Source: a virus
Lineage: Duplodnaviria > Caudoviricetes
Direction: 5' to 3' (one strand)
DNA: 56,521 nt
Virus record (IMG/VR): IMGVR_UViG_3300020152_000005
Location: 1-56,521 of that record
Shown here: positions 7,448 through 18,089 of the stretch, in pieces
Numbering within the stretch: position 1 is the stretch's first letter
Layout of the letters: the number at the start of each line of letters is the position of its first letter
Program-made: the position numbers and the translations under genes
The notes under the pieces: model-generated
Seen by the model: only the letters and a program-made list of their open reading frames with translations
Databases searched by the model: none
What the model was told of the DNA's origin: nothing

Positions 7448-10400
7448 GCGCCGGGTGTCCCTGCCTCGAAAGCCGAATACTCTGCCTTGTCCGTCGCGTC
7501 GGGGAACATCGGCACGCGCTGCTCGGTTCCGGCCGACGTCGTAAACTCGAATTCGTTGGAATGAGTCGACGACGCCGTGACGCGTCGGTAGGTGTCGCCG
7601 ACGCCGTCCGTGCCGGTGCCCTCAGCTCGCTTTACTCGAATGCGAATGTACGCGCCGGTCGTCGCGAGCGCCGCGCTGATCTGCGCGTTCACGTTGTAGA
7701 CGTGGCTCCCGGCCATGCCTTCCATGTTGCCGCTGTAGGTGTACGACTGGCTCCAGCGCTCGGTCCACGGTCCGTCAGAATCCGGTGACGTATCGACGGC
7801 AACCTCGATCGTGCTCCAATACTGAATGTGAGGCTTGAAAGAATCGAAGCCCGACCCGACGCGCACGGTGAAGCGCACGGTGTACGTGCCGTCGTACGCG
7901 ACGCTCGGCGGTGCTGGCGTGAAGGTCGAAAGCGCTCCGCTGTCCTTTACGCCAGACGCGCCCGTTGACACTTCATTCAACGTAAACGTGCCGACGCTCT
8001 TGCCGTGCGTCGTCAGCGTCGTCGTCTTCTGATAGAGCTCAGCAAAAAGCCGAAAGCCGTCGAGATCGATGTCACGCGCGACGAGCCGCTGATAGACGCG
8101 CTTCGTCGCGTCGAATGCGCCCCAGAGCGCCGCTGGTACCTGCACCGCGCCGAGCTGCTCGGGCCGTACAACCGGCGCGACGTTGAACGGCTGATCGAAG
8201 ACGAGATCGATGCCGCCGACCGGGATCGGGCCGAAGCAGAAGCCCGTCTGCAGGCCCTTGTTCAGCAGCTTGCCGCCCTGCTTTACAGCTGGCGCGAGGT
8301 CGCCGGGAATCTCGGACAGATCCCCGCTGAACGCCTGCACGCTGAAGTTGTCGAACCACCATGCGCCGTTGCCGGAAGACGGCGTCGACAGATCAAGGCG
8401 CGCGAGCTCGGCGTCTGCAGGCACGACGACGTCGAGCCGCACCTGATTCCAGACGCCAGCGTTCGCCGCGAGCACGCTCGTCGTCGCGCTGTTGCCGACA
8501 CTCGTGCCGTCCGCTGCGTACCACCGGAAGTAGGCGAGCCCGGTGTAGTCAGGCAGCCCGCCGACCTTCCCGCGCATGTAGCCGACCGCGACGAGCCTCG
8601 ATCCGGGTCGTACCGGCATAAAATCCGAGAGCACGTCCGGCCCGCCGGTGCCGGTATACATCTGCAGGACGTAGCCGGTACCGCCGTGCGCGTCCGCGCC
8701 GGCGTTGACGATCGACGCGTTCGTCGCCTGTCCCCAACCGTCGAAGCCGCCCGTCTCGAAGCCGCCGTTCTTCAGCAGCCCGCCGCCGGCTGGCGCGTCC
8801 GCGATCGCCTGCAGCGCGCCCATCGGTCGACTGTTCACGGTCGCAGTCGGCTTGACCGTGCCGCCGAATCCGTCCGTCAGCAGGCCGCGCGTTTCCATCG
8901 TGTCTTCGGCTTCGTCGACAGCGAGCGCGCGCTTCGTGTCAGCGCCCGGCTCGGATTCGATCGTCGCGCCGTCGAAACGCTTGATTGCGCTCGGCAGGTT
9001 GCCCGCGGGAAGGTTCGCGGCTGTCTCTCGATCGACGCGGAACGGCGGCTGCTCGAAAGGCAGCGCGATCGGACCGCGGTTGAACATGAAGTAGCGCGCG
9101 TTGATCTGCACCGCTCCCGTCACGTTCTCAAACTGAACGCGCACGTGATCCGTACCGGCCGGCACTTCGACGTTTTCGATGACGTGCCGCGTGTAGCCGG
9201 TCGCCGCGCTCGCCGTCGACGTGTGCGTCGCGATCGTCGTACTGCTCGCGTTGCGGAAGTTGATGTAGAGCCGACCGCTGCCGCCGCCTGCAGTCGCTCG
9301 AATCTCAGCCGAGAATGAAACCTTGTCGCCGGCCGCCAGCGCGAGCGGCGTGATGCTGATCTGTTCCTTCAGCGTGACGCCCGCGGACGCTCGAGTAAGC
9401 ACCGCCTCTGCGCCCGGCCCCATCAGGTTCTGGCTCGGCGAGCCGACCTGCTTTTCGATCAGATCGAGCGCGCGGCCGTTCAGCGTAGCCGATCCCTTCA
9501 CCACGCCGCCGGGGCTCAGCGCGTCGAGCGCGCGGTCGGTGCCCTCGTTGACCGTCTCGCCGTCCAGATCGACGCCGAGCGTCGCGTCGCGCAGCTTGAT
9601 CGGGCGGAAGTTGACGTCGACGTGCGTCGGTGCGACAAAGGTCTTCGTCGCACCGCCGACGACGTCGTCGGCTGTCTCGCGGTTCGGCCGCAGCGGCGGT
9701 TCCTCGAAGGGGAGCGCGATCGGCCCGCGGTTCAGCATGACATTGCGCGCGTAGACCGTGTCGCCTGATCCCGGCGTCGAGACGACGCGGTAAAGGCGCA
9801 TGCGCACTGCGCCCGCGGGGATCGTTCGGCCCTCGAAGTAGACGCGCGTCGGCGTCGTCACGTTCGCGAGCGACGACGAGTTGACGAGGCCGCCGACCTG
9901 AGCACCTACCGCATCGAGAAACTGGACGCGCAGGTGCATGCCTGACGACGTTCCGAGCGTGCTCCAAATCTCACCGCTCCATGAAATCTCGTCGCCTTCC
10001 TTCAGGCCGAGCTTGCTGAGCAGGGTGCCGGCAATCCCATTGTCGTTAGGCAGATAGTAAGTCTGGCCGCCCGCCGCCTGCGGCCCGGCGTTCGGGCCGA
10101 GCAAGTTCTGCGACGGTGCGCTCGCCTGCTTCCGCAGCTTGTCTGCAGGAAGACCATCGACGAGCGCGGTCGACAGCACTTCCGTCTTCAGCTTGCCGTT
10201 CAGATCGAGGCCGGTCGCAGCCCGGTCGGTGTCGACCTTCAGCGTGTTCGCGTTCTTGCCGGCGATCGTCGCCGTCGTCTTCACGCTGCCGTCGAAGCCG
10301 TCGCTCTTCACGCCGCGCAGCTCCATCTCGTCGACCGATTCGTCGACCGCGAGGTCGGCCTTCGTCTGCGCGCCCGGAACGTCCTCGAGGTACGTGCCCT

Positions 10401-13400
10401 CGGACAGCTGGACGCCCTTCTTGACCTTCCCGAAATCGTCGAGCGATTCCGCCCACTGGCGCAGCACGAAACCGCGGACGCCGCTCGAGCGGCCGCCCGC
10501 GGTGACGAATTCGACGTAGACATACTTCGTCTCAGTCGGCCGGGATAGCACGTTCTGCATCGCAGTGTGCGTCGAGCTCGGCACGACGCGCAGGCCAGAT
10601 CCGGCCGCGATCGCGATCGACGCGTCGGGCGGGTCCGTCTCGGGATCGCGCGAGGCGTAGCCGCTCTTGTTGCTCCAAATCTTGAGCGTCCCGCCCTGCG
10701 TCGCGCCGCCGAGGTGCACCGCAAAGCTAGTCTGCCAGTTCGTGAGGCCCGGTATCTGTTTGAAGATGCCCGCGGTCGGCGCGACGACGTCGAGCTCTTC
10801 CTCGATGTCGCCTACCTCTTCGCCCCGGATCGCGTCGAGCGCGGCCTGCAGCGCCTCGCTGAAATCGCCGAGCTCGGTCTGATACGTCGCGAAGGCGCTG
10901 TCGACTGCGGCCGCCTCGACTGGCGTCGCTGCGCCGTCCGCGATCGCGGTCGTGATCGTGCTGACGAGCGAATCGTGCGCTGCGTCGAAAGCGCCGTACG
11001 CGCTCGTCAGGTCGGACGCCGGCGTGCCGATCAGCTTCGGGTTCGCGATGACGACCGCGTACGACGCGTCGATGCTGGCACGCTCGGCGTTCAGCTGTCG
11101 CAGGTTCGCGTTGATCGCGGTCGCCTCGGCCTCGCTGATGACTTGATCGTGAAAGGCGTTGTCGACGTACGCGTTCAGCGCCGCGAGCTCGTCGGTCAGG
11201 TCGTCGATATCCTGCGTCAGCGCAGCGTCGAGCGCTGCGATGTCGGCGTTCTTGATCGCGTTGACCGCGTTCTCGAAGGCAGTCGCGATTTCGCCGGTGC
11301 GCGTCCGGTACGTCGTGAAGGCGCTTTCGACCGTCGCGATCTCGCCCGGCGTCGCCTCGCCGTCTGCGATCGCGGTCGTGATCGCGTTGACGAGCGCAGT
11401 GTGCGCGCTGTTCAGGTTCGCCTTCGCGGTATTCAGCGCGGTCTTCGTCGTGCCCGTCAGCGACGCGTTGTTGTAGACCGCGGTGTAGCGCGCGTCGAGG
11501 TCAGCCTTCTCTGCGTTCAGTTGCCGCAGGTTCGCCTCGATCGCCGCGGCCTCGGCTGCGTTGATCAGGTTGTCGGCGAAAGCGCCGTCGACGTACGTCT
11601 CGAGGTCGCCGAGCTCGCCGGTCAGCGTCGCGATGTCGGCTTCAATCGCGGCGAGCTCAGCGTCGTAGTCGCGCGGGTTGCGGTACGTCGCCTCGAACGG
11701 CTCGCCCGGCACGCCGGACGCGTCGAGCGGCGTGATCTGGTAGTGCAGGTCGCTGTCGTCGGGGATCGTCAGCGCCGTGAAGGTGCCCTGCCGGTCGGTG
11801 ATCGTCTGCGTCGCAGCCGCGGGCCACGCGGCGACGATGTCCGTCTTCGTCCGCAGCTCGAGCGTCGCGACGAGCTCGTTGCCGAGCACGTCGAGGAAGA
11901 GCTCTTCGGTGTCCCTGACCCAATTCTCGCCGACCTGCAGCACGAGCGGCCGCACCGCGCCGAGGCGTCCGACGCTCTTCCTGCCGCCGCGGCGCTGCAC
12001 GCTCGGCCGCCAGACGTCCCAGATCCGCTCGCGCGCGTCGACCGCGATCGTGACCGACGTCGCCGAGGCGTCTAGCAGGTCCTCGCTGATCTCGACGATG
12101 CGCTGATCGACGTTGCCGAGGTCCGGGTGCCGCACGCGGACCGTGTCGCCGAGATCGAGCCGATCGAAGGGGAAAGCAGTCGGGTCCGCAGCGTTCAGGT
12201 CGGCGACGACGACGCGGTACTCTGCGCGCGCGTTCTTCGACCGCTGCAGCTCGGCCCACGTGTCCGCCCAGAGCGCGTGCGCGGCGTCGCCGGGGTAAAA
12301 CTCGCCGAGCGTCTCGCCGGTCGTCGGCGAGGCCATGACGGTGTCGAGGTAAAACTCCGCAGCCGCGCCGTGCGCGAGGATCTCGAGGTAGCCGGTACCG
12401 GCGGGCAGCGGCTGCGTCGAGACTGGCGTCGCGGCGAGCGTGATGTAGACGCCGACGCCCTCGCTGCCCTGCTGCTCGGTCAGCGGGTAGACCTTGCCGT
12501 TCGAATGGCGCAGCTGCAGCCGCACGCGGCCGCTGATGACGGTCAGGCCGGCAGCGATGCCGAGGTAGGGCCGATCGCTGTCGCCGGTCGGAATCGTGAA
12601 GCTCGGCGTGCGGATGCCCTGATCCTTCGCGGCCGCCTGCACGCGCGCGGCCGAGCCGCCTGTCTTCGCGTAGAGCGAGCTCGAGCTCTGCGTGATCGTC
12701 GGCGCACCGACCGCAGCGAAGCCAGTCGGCACCGCGCCGCCCCACGCGCTCAGCATCGGGTTGCTGATCAGGTTCTCGACGCGCGGAATGTCCGGCAGGT
12801 CTAGCGTGCCGACGCGCGGCCCGAAGAGCGCCGCGCCGCTCGGGCTCTGAATCCAGAGCGCGCGCGTGCCGATCGCATCCTCTGCGATCCAGCCCTTGTC
12901 GCCGACGACGAGCAGCGGCTTCGCGCTGTCGTTGACCGTGATCTCGGCGTCGACGTGATCGTGCGCCGTGATCGGGTAGGTGCCCTTGCCCGGCACGTGA
13001 AACCATAGGCCGACGAGCGCGTCCGCCTCGCCGTGCAGCGCGTCGTTGTGCAGGGAAATGACGCGAGCGCCGGCGACGCCGGCGACTGCGTCGACGTTCC
13101 AACGCGCGTCGCCGAGGTTCAGCCCATCCGCGCCCCACGCGTAGATACGCGTGACGACCTGCGTCTCGTCGACGACGCGCTCGACGCCGCGCAGGTTCTT
13201 CCGATAGCGCAGCTCCGCGCTGCCGGACGCGTTGCCGACGCGCACGAGCAGGTCGACGAGGTACGCCGTCCCTGCAGCGTTCAGGCGGAATTGCAGCTCG
13301 CCGCCGGTCTTTTCCTCGAGCAGCCGCAGCGCCTCGAGCGGGCTCGTGCGGTTGAAATCGAGGTCGACCGGGTCGACGAGCTCGACGGTGCCGGTGCTGA

Positions 13401-13854
13401 ACGTGATCCCGCTGCCGTCGAAGCCGGGCAGGATGTAGTCGGTGATCCACTGCGCCGGCGTCAGGCCGAGCAGGCCGAATTCCACGAAAGCCGCGCCGCC
13501 GGCCAGCTTCTGCAGCACCATCCCATGCCGCAGGTCCGTCCAGAGCGCCTCGGCGTGCACGACCGCGGCGCGCGCGCCGCTCTCATCCTGCCGGCGAGAC
13601 GGCTGCGCGACGCGCCAGAGCGAACGCGTCGCGACCGCGGGCAGGCTGCCGCTCGGCTTGACCGGCTCGACGAGCCGCAGGACCGCACCCTCGACGAGCG
13701 CGACCGCGGCCGGATCGTCGAGCGGCAGGCCGACCGTCAGCGTCTCTTCGCCGAGCAGCGTACGCGTACGCTGCAGCGACGCCGGGCCGCGCGCGACCGC
13801 GAGCAGCTGCGTGTTCGTGCTGTTCCAAATCTCGAGCTGGTACTTTCTCGGCAT
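7444..13854 (-). CDS. Large tail tip / receptor-binding protein (Tal-like N-terminus, helical repeats, CBM-like modules)
   Basis: 2136 aa after Dit. LRYRKNLRGVERVVD..VVTRIYAWG and LDLGDTVRV tail-tip motifs; LLKNGGFETG..GW CBM-like module. Confidence 0.85.
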   Translation of the reverse strand: MPRKYQLEIWNSTNTQLLAVARGPASLQRTRTLLGEETLTVGLPLDDPAAVALVEGAVLRLVEPVKPSGSLPAVATRSLWRVAQPSRRQDESGARAAVVHAEALWTDLRHGMVLQKLAGGAAFVEFGLLGLTPAQWITDYILPGFDGSGITFSTGTVELVDPVDLDFNRTSPLEALRLLEEKTGGELQFRLNAAGTAYLVDLLVRVGNASGSAELRYRKNLRGVERVVDETQVVTRIYAWGADGLNLGDARWNVDAVAGVAGARVISLHNDALHGEADALVGLWFHVPGKGTYPITAHDHVDAEITVNDSAKPLLVVGDKGWIAEDAIGTRALWIQSPSGAALFGPRVGTLDLPDIPRVENLISNPMLSAWGGAVPTGFAAVGAPTITQSSSSLYAKTGGSAARVQAAAKDQGIRTPSFTIPTGDSDRPYLGIAAGLTVISGRVRLQLRHSNGKVYPLTEQQGSEGVGVYITLAATPVSTQPLPAGTGYLEILAHGAAAEFYLDTVMASPTTGETLGEFYPGDAAHALWADTWAELQRSKNARAEYRVVVADLNAADPTAFPFDRLDLGDTVRVRHPDLGNVDQRIVEISEDLLDASATSVTIAVDARERIWDVWRPSVQRRGGRKSVGRLGAVRPLVLQVGENWVRDTEELFLDVLGNELVATLELRTKTDIVAAWPAAATQTITDRQGTFTALTIPDDSDLHYQITPLDASGVPGEPFEATYRNPRDYDAELAAIEADIATLTGELGDLETYVDGAFADNLINAAEAAAIEANLRQLNAEKADLDARYTAVYNNASLTGTTKTALNTAKANLNSAHTALVNAITTAIADGEATPGEIATVESAFTTYRTRTGEIATAFENAVNAIKNADIAALDAALTQDIDDLTDELAALNAYVDNAFHDQVISEAEATAINANLRQLNAERASIDASYAVVIANPKLIGTPASDLTSAYGAFDAAHDSLVSTITTAIADGAATPVEAAAVDSAFATYQTELGDFSEALQAALDAIRGEEVGDIEEELDVVAPTAGIFKQIPGLTNWQTSFAVHLGGATQGGTLKIWSNKSGYASRDPETDPPDASIAIAAGSGLRVVPSSTHTAMQNVLSRPTETKYVYVEFVTAGGRSSGVRGFVLRQWAESLDDFGKVKKGVQLSEGTYLEDVPGAQTKADLAVDESVDEMELRGVKSDGFDGSVKTTATIAGKNANTLKVDTDRAATGLDLNGKLKTEVLSTALVDGLPADKLRKQASAPSQNLLGPNAGPQAAGGQTYYLPNDNGIAGTLLSKLGLKEGDEISWSGEIWSTLGTSSGMHLRVQFLDAVGAQVGGLVNSSSLANVTTPTRVYFEGRTIPAGAVRMRLYRVVSTPGSGDTVYARNVMLNRGPIALPFEEPPLRPNRETADDVVGGATKTFVAPTHVDVNFRPIKLRDATLGVDLDGETVNEGTDRALDALSPGGVVKGSATLNGRALDLIEKQVGSPSQNLMGPGAEAVLTRASAGVTLKEQISITPLALAAGDKVSFSAEIRATAGGGSGRLYINFRNASSTTIATHTSTASAATGYTRHVIENVEVPAGTDHVRVQFENVTGAVQINARYFMFNRGPIALPFEQPPFRVDRETAANLPAGNLPSAIKRFDGATIESEPGADTKRALAVDEAEDTMETRGLLTDGFGGTVKPTATVNSRPMGALQAIADAPAGGGLLKNGGFETGGFDGWGQATNASIVNAGADAHGGTGYVLQMYTGTGGPDVLSDFMPVRPGSRLVAVGYMRGKVGGLPDYTGLAYFRWYAADGTSVGNSATTSVLAANAGVWNQVRLDVVVPADAELARLDLSTPSSGNGAWWFDNFSVQAFSGDLSEIPGDLAPAVKQGGKLLNKGLQTGFCFGPIPVGGIDLVFDQPFNVAPVVRPEQLGAVQVPAALWGAFDATKRVYQRLVARDIDLDGFRLFAELYQKTTTLTTHGKSVGTFTLNEVSTGASGVKDSGALSTFTPAPPSVAYDGTYTVRFTVRVGSGFDSFKPHIQYWSTIEVAVDTSPDSDGPWTERWSQSYTYSGNMEGMAGSHVYNVNAQISAALATTGAYIRIRVKRAEGTGTDGVGDTYRRVTASSTHSNEFEFTTSAGTEQRVPMFPDATDKAEYSAFEAGTPGA

Positions 13855-13863
13855 GCTCTGCGC

Positions 13864-14655
13864 TCAGAAGTAGCGGCGACGCCAGCGGGTCTGCAGCGTG
13901 CGCCCGGTGCCGCCCGTTACTGCGATCTCGAGGTAGTCGTCGCCCTCGCGCGGGTCCGCGATCGGAAACTCGCTCGCGCTCGTCAGGCCGCCGATCGCGT
14001 TCGCGCCGTTGTTCGTGACGCTGAACGTCTCGCTGTCGATAACGAGCGCCTGCGAGAGCGCGACGACGCCGTCCCATTGCAGCGTCCGCTTGATCGTACC
14101 TGCTGCGCCGCCGTCCCGCACGCGTACGACGACGCGCGTGATCGTGCTGGTCGCCGCGTTCGTGACCGTGATCCGAAACGGGTTCGGCGCGGTGCCGATG
14201 CCCGCGGTCAGCAGGTTGATCCCGCCGGAAGTGCTCGTCAGCTCGACGACGTCGCGTGCCGGGCCGAGCACCTGAAACTCGATCGAGAGCTCGGCGATCC
14301 GCTGCAGCCACTGCGGCGCGATCTCGAGCGCCCGCCCGCCCTGCTGCAGGTAGCCCTGCCACTCGCGCGCGGTGACGTCGCTCGGCCGAATGCTCAGCGG
14401 CGACGACGGCAGCGCGTTCAGCACCCCGGCGATCGCGTCGAGCTTCGTCTGCAGGTCCGCGTGCGACGTGCCCCGGACGTAGCCGTGAAACGCGAGCCGG
14501 TCAGAGACGTACGCGCCGCCCATCCGGCGCGGAAAGACGCTGCCCGGAATGTCGGTCACGACGCTGCGCTCGCCGCCGAGCCGCGGCAGCTCGCGGCTGC
14601 GGCCGATGACGCCGTACGTCGCGCCGCCGAGGTCCGTTCCGTTGACGACGAGCAT
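13864..14655 (-). CDS. Distal tail protein (Dit)
   Basis: Position after the tape measure gene; beta-rich, ends WRRRYF. Confidence 0.8.
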   Translation of the reverse strand: MLVVNGTDLGGATYGVIGRSRELPRLGGERSVVTDIPGSVFPRRMGGAYVSDRLAFHGYVRGTSHADLQTKLDAIAGVLNALPSSPLSIRPSDVTAREWQGYLQQGGRALEIAPQWLQRIAELSIEFQVLGPARDVVELTSTSGGINLLTAGIGTAPNPFRITVTNAATSTITRVVVRVRDGGAAGTIKRTLQWDGVVALSQALVIDSETFSVTNNGANAIGGLTSASEFPIADPREGDDYLEIAVTGGTGRTLQTRWRRRYF

Positions 14656-14656
14656 G

Positions 14657-17600
14657 CTACTTCTCCCCCTTCGTTCCCGGTCGGAAGAACGGCCGCCCGG
14701 TGCCGCCGGCGGCCCGGTGCCTCGAGCTGATCCTGCGGCTGAATTCCTCTGCCATCAGCGCGCCGGCCTTCGGCGCGGCCGCAACGAGGCTCTTGCCGTC
14801 GCCGCCCGGTGCTTCGACAGTGACCTGCAGGCTCTCGATCGTGATCCCGCCGCCCGCGCCGAGCGTCGCCGGCAGCGGTGCAGCGATCGAGGTCGGTTCC
14901 GGTGCCCTCGAGCCGCTCAGCAGCGCGTGAATCGCCGCGAGGTGATAGACCTGCGTCGAGCCTAGCGCGATCAGTTGCGAGCCCTGCGCTTCGGTCAGGT
15001 TCACGGCCAGCCGCGCGACGTTGTCGCCGCCGCCGCCGATGACGCCGCCGCCTTCCTCGAGCAGCCGCTGCGTCTCTTCGAGCACGCGCTGCGCCTGCTC
15101 GGCCGTCATGCCCTCGAAGATGCCGCCCGCAGCGAAGAGGCTCTGATCGCCGGACGCGAGACGCTCGACGAGCCCGTCGATAAACGCGTCCGCGCCGCCG
15201 GCCGCCATCGCCGCCTGCAGCGCCTGCCCGAACGCCTGAGCGCCCTTCGTGTTCAGCAGGATGTCGACGAGCTCCTGCAGCTGCGCAGCCGCGTCGCCCG
15301 CCTCGTCGCCGAGCAGGCCGAATTTCCAGTTGAGCCCGTCGATCCGGCCCTCGAGCGTGTCGCCGAAGACGCCGATGCCCATCTCTTCGAGCTTGTCGAG
15401 CGCCGCCTCGAATTCGGCGCGCATGACCTTGTTGCCGTCTTCGATAAACGTGATGCCGGTCGCTTCCTGCAGGCGCATGAGCTCGGCGAGCTCTTCGGCG
15501 TCGCGCACGCGCAGCGATCGAAACTCGAGGCCGAGCGGGTTCTCGTCGGCTGCGGCGAAACGCTCCTGCATTCGCTGGCCGGCCGCGAGCGCGCGCTCGC
15601 GCTCGCCCGCCGTCATGTCCGTCACGACTGCGCCGGTCAGCTCTTCGAGCGCACGAATGAGCTGAGCCTCTGACGTGATCCGCTCGTAGTGCCTGCGCCG
15701 TCGCTCGCGCTCTTCGTCCTTGTTGCTGAAGAGCGAGCCGACCGTCTGCGCGATGCCGCCGATCAGTCCGGGGATCGCGGTCACGTCGCCTGCCGCGACG
15801 CGCGCCGCGTTCGCGCCGACCTGAATCAGGCCCTCGATCGCCCGCGCCGCGTTCGAATCGATCAGGCCGAGCGCCTCAGCCAGTTGCAGCGCCGCGCGCG
15901 CGTTCTCTTCGATCGTCCGCGCCGTGTCGCGCAGGTTGTTGATCGTTTCCTGATTCGCGAGCGCCTGCATCTCGCGCCGCGCGTCCTTCGCCGCCTCGCT
16001 CTGTTCGTTCAGCGCGCCGGCGACGCTCTCCGCGCGCTCGTCGATTTCCTTCAGCAGCTGGCTCGCGTCCTCGTGCGCCGTCGTGCCTTCCTCGAGCGTC
16101 TCGATGTACCGCTCGAGGCTGCCGTAGAGCATCTGCAGCTCGTTGAGCGCGAAGTCGCTAACCTCGTCGCCGAGCTCTTCGAATGACCGCTGATACATCT
16201 CGAGCGCGCCCGTCGAGCTGATCTGCCGCTCGAGCGCCTCGAAGGCTGCCAGCACGTCGGCCGGGATCTCGCGGCCTGCTGCCTCGAAGGTTTCTTCAGC
16301 GTCGCGGCGAAGCTGCTCGAGCGCGTTGCGCAGGTCGTCGGTCGCGGTCGCGGTCAGGGCCGTAAGCCGGCCGATGATGTCGCGCTGCATCTCGTCGGCG
16401 CGATCGCGCGCCTTCTGCAGGCGCTCTTCGGCGTCCGCGTCGACCGTCTCTGCCGCCTCAGCGGTGCCGTCCGTGATCAGACCGAGCGCGCGCCTGATAC
16501 CGTCTGCCTCGGCCTCGAGCTGCGCGACGCGCGCGTTGCTCGCGACGCTCTGCACTTCGTTCAGTTGCAGGATCTCGGCTTCGATCTCTTCGAGGCGGCT
16601 GCGCTGCTCGCTGCGCGAAATCGCTTCCTCGAGCGCCTGCTCGTTTGCCGTCGTCGCTCGAATCAGCTGCGTACGACGTTCCTCGAGCGCGATGATCTCG
16701 CTGAGGTGCGCTAGGTACTCGGCCGCTGCCGTCGCTCGCATCGAATCGCCAGCACGCGTAGCCTCGGCGAGCTCTTCGTTTGCCTCGGCGCGCATTGCGC
16801 GCAGGCGGCTGAGGCTTACGTCGCCGACCGCTTCGCGGCCGCGTGCCCCGCCCCCGCTCATACCGCCTGCCGTCCTGCCGACCTGCTTCTCGCGCAGGAA
16901 TTCGATCTGCGTTGCGAGGTCTTCGGCTTCCTCTCGCGCCTCTTTCATGCGCTGCATCAGCTCGAGCGGCAGCACGTGCTCGGCAGCGACGCCAGCCTGC
17001 TGCAGCTTCACCGCGAGCTGCTCGAGCGGATCGAGAAATCGAGAGACGAGGCCGGTCAGCATGTCGACCGCGCTCGCGAGCGGACCCTCGAGCTTCTGCG
17101 CGAGGTTCACGGTCGCCGGGATCGTGTAAGCGCCGATCTCTTCGCGCGCCGCCTGCAGGCGGTTCCGCCAGCTCTGCAGCCCGCCGAGGTTGCCCTCGAG
17201 CTGCCTCTGATACTCGCCCTGCACGCGCGCACCGGCGGTGATGATCGCGTTGAGTAGCGCCTGCTTCTTCTCGAGGTCGCTCATCGAAGCTGCCGTCTTG
17301 CCGTTCGCCCGCGCCCACTCTTCGTAAATCTGGCTCGGGTTCATCTGCAGCAGCTTGTCCGTACCTTCGTCGAGCCCGCGCATCGTCTGCTCGAGCGCGA
17401 CGTTCACTTCGGCCGCGCTCATGCCCTGCGCAGCGCCGAGATCGAGCGCGCGCGTCAGCAGCTCCTGCGACCGGGTCGCGTCGCCGGCCTTCGACGCCAT
17501 CTTCGCGACCTGTACCGCGATTTCGTTCGCCGCGGTCGCGGTCATCTGAAACTCGCGGCGGCCGCGCTGCGCGAGCTCGATCAGTAGCTGCTGGTCGACG

Positions 17601-17950
17601 CCGAAGAGCTTTGCCGCCGAGCTCAGGCGCAGGTAGCTCCTGATCAGGTTCTCGGCGTGCGTGACCTGCGCGCCGAAGAAGCGCACGGCGGCCGCGGTGC
17701 CGCGTGCCATTGCGCCGACGATCTGCACGAGGAAGAAGCCCGCGATCGCTGCGCCGACCGCCTTGAAGAGGCCGTTCAGCTTGCCGAGGTTCTTCCGCCA
17801 GCCGGCGACGTGCTGATCGCTGGCTTCCTCGCCGGCCTTCTTCGCCCGCTTCTTCACGCCGTCGAGGTCGCGCTCGAGCTGATCCATGCGCGCGCTGACC
17901 CATACGGCGAGGTCGCCTGCGTTGATTGTCTCAGTCGGTCCGGCGGCCAT
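14657..17950 (-). CDS. Tape measure protein
   Basis: 1097 aa, Ala/Leu/Glu-rich helical, with a hydrophobic segment near the N-terminus. Confidence 0.9.
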   Translation of the reverse strand: MAAGPTETINAGDLAVWVSARMDQLERDLDGVKKRAKKAGEEASDQHVAGWRKNLGKLNGLFKAVGAAIAGFFLVQIVGAMARGTAAAVRFFGAQVTHAENLIRSYLRLSSAAKLFGVDQQLLIELAQRGRREFQMTATAANEIAVQVAKMASKAGDATRSQELLTRALDLGAAQGMSAAEVNVALEQTMRGLDEGTDKLLQMNPSQIYEEWARANGKTAASMSDLEKKQALLNAIITAGARVQGEYQRQLEGNLGGLQSWRNRLQAAREEIGAYTIPATVNLAQKLEGPLASAVDMLTGLVSRFLDPLEQLAVKLQQAGVAAEHVLPLELMQRMKEAREEAEDLATQIEFLREKQVGRTAGGMSGGGARGREAVGDVSLSRLRAMRAEANEELAEATRAGDSMRATAAAEYLAHLSEIIALEERRTQLIRATTANEQALEEAISRSEQRSRLEEIEAEILQLNEVQSVASNARVAQLEAEADGIRRALGLITDGTAEAAETVDADAEERLQKARDRADEMQRDIIGRLTALTATATDDLRNALEQLRRDAEETFEAAGREIPADVLAAFEALERQISSTGALEMYQRSFEELGDEVSDFALNELQMLYGSLERYIETLEEGTTAHEDASQLLKEIDERAESVAGALNEQSEAAKDARREMQALANQETINNLRDTARTIEENARAALQLAEALGLIDSNAARAIEGLIQVGANAARVAAGDVTAIPGLIGGIAQTVGSLFSNKDEERERRRRHYERITSEAQLIRALEELTGAVVTDMTAGERERALAAGQRMQERFAAADENPLGLEFRSLRVRDAEELAELMRLQEATGITFIEDGNKVMRAEFEAALDKLEEMGIGVFGDTLEGRIDGLNWKFGLLGDEAGDAAAQLQELVDILLNTKGAQAFGQALQAAMAAGGADAFIDGLVERLASGDQSLFAAGGIFEGMTAEQAQRVLEETQRLLEEGGGVIGGGGDNVARLAVNLTEAQGSQLIALGSTQVYHLAAIHALLSGSRAPEPTSIAAPLPATLGAGGGITIESLQVTVEAPGGDGKSLVAAAPKAGALMAEEFSRRISSRHRAAGGTGRPFFRPGTKGEK

Positions 17951-18089
17951 CTCGCTCTCTCCGCGTCGCTCGTCTGCGCCAGAGCCGCCGCTTCAGCTGC
18001 TCCGGTAGGTGTCGCTTCCAGCCTCGCTGCCAGCGCGCGTACGCGCGCGCGAGCTCGAGGTGCTGCCGGATCTCGCGCTCGAGGATCAT
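17931..18089 (-). CDS. Small Arg-rich protein (52 aa)
   Basis: MILEREIRQHLELARAYARWQRGWKRHLPEQ...; ATGA overlap fills the gap; below the ORF-track cutoff. Confidence 0.4.
   Translation of the reverse strand: MILEREIRQHLELARAYARWQRGWKRHLPEQLKRRLWRRRATRRERDGRRTD

Noticed and set aside
8850-11670. Diversity-generating retroelement template/variable repeats
   Set aside because: Repeats are diverged in-frame protein duplications, differences are not adenine-specific, and no reverse transcriptase was seen
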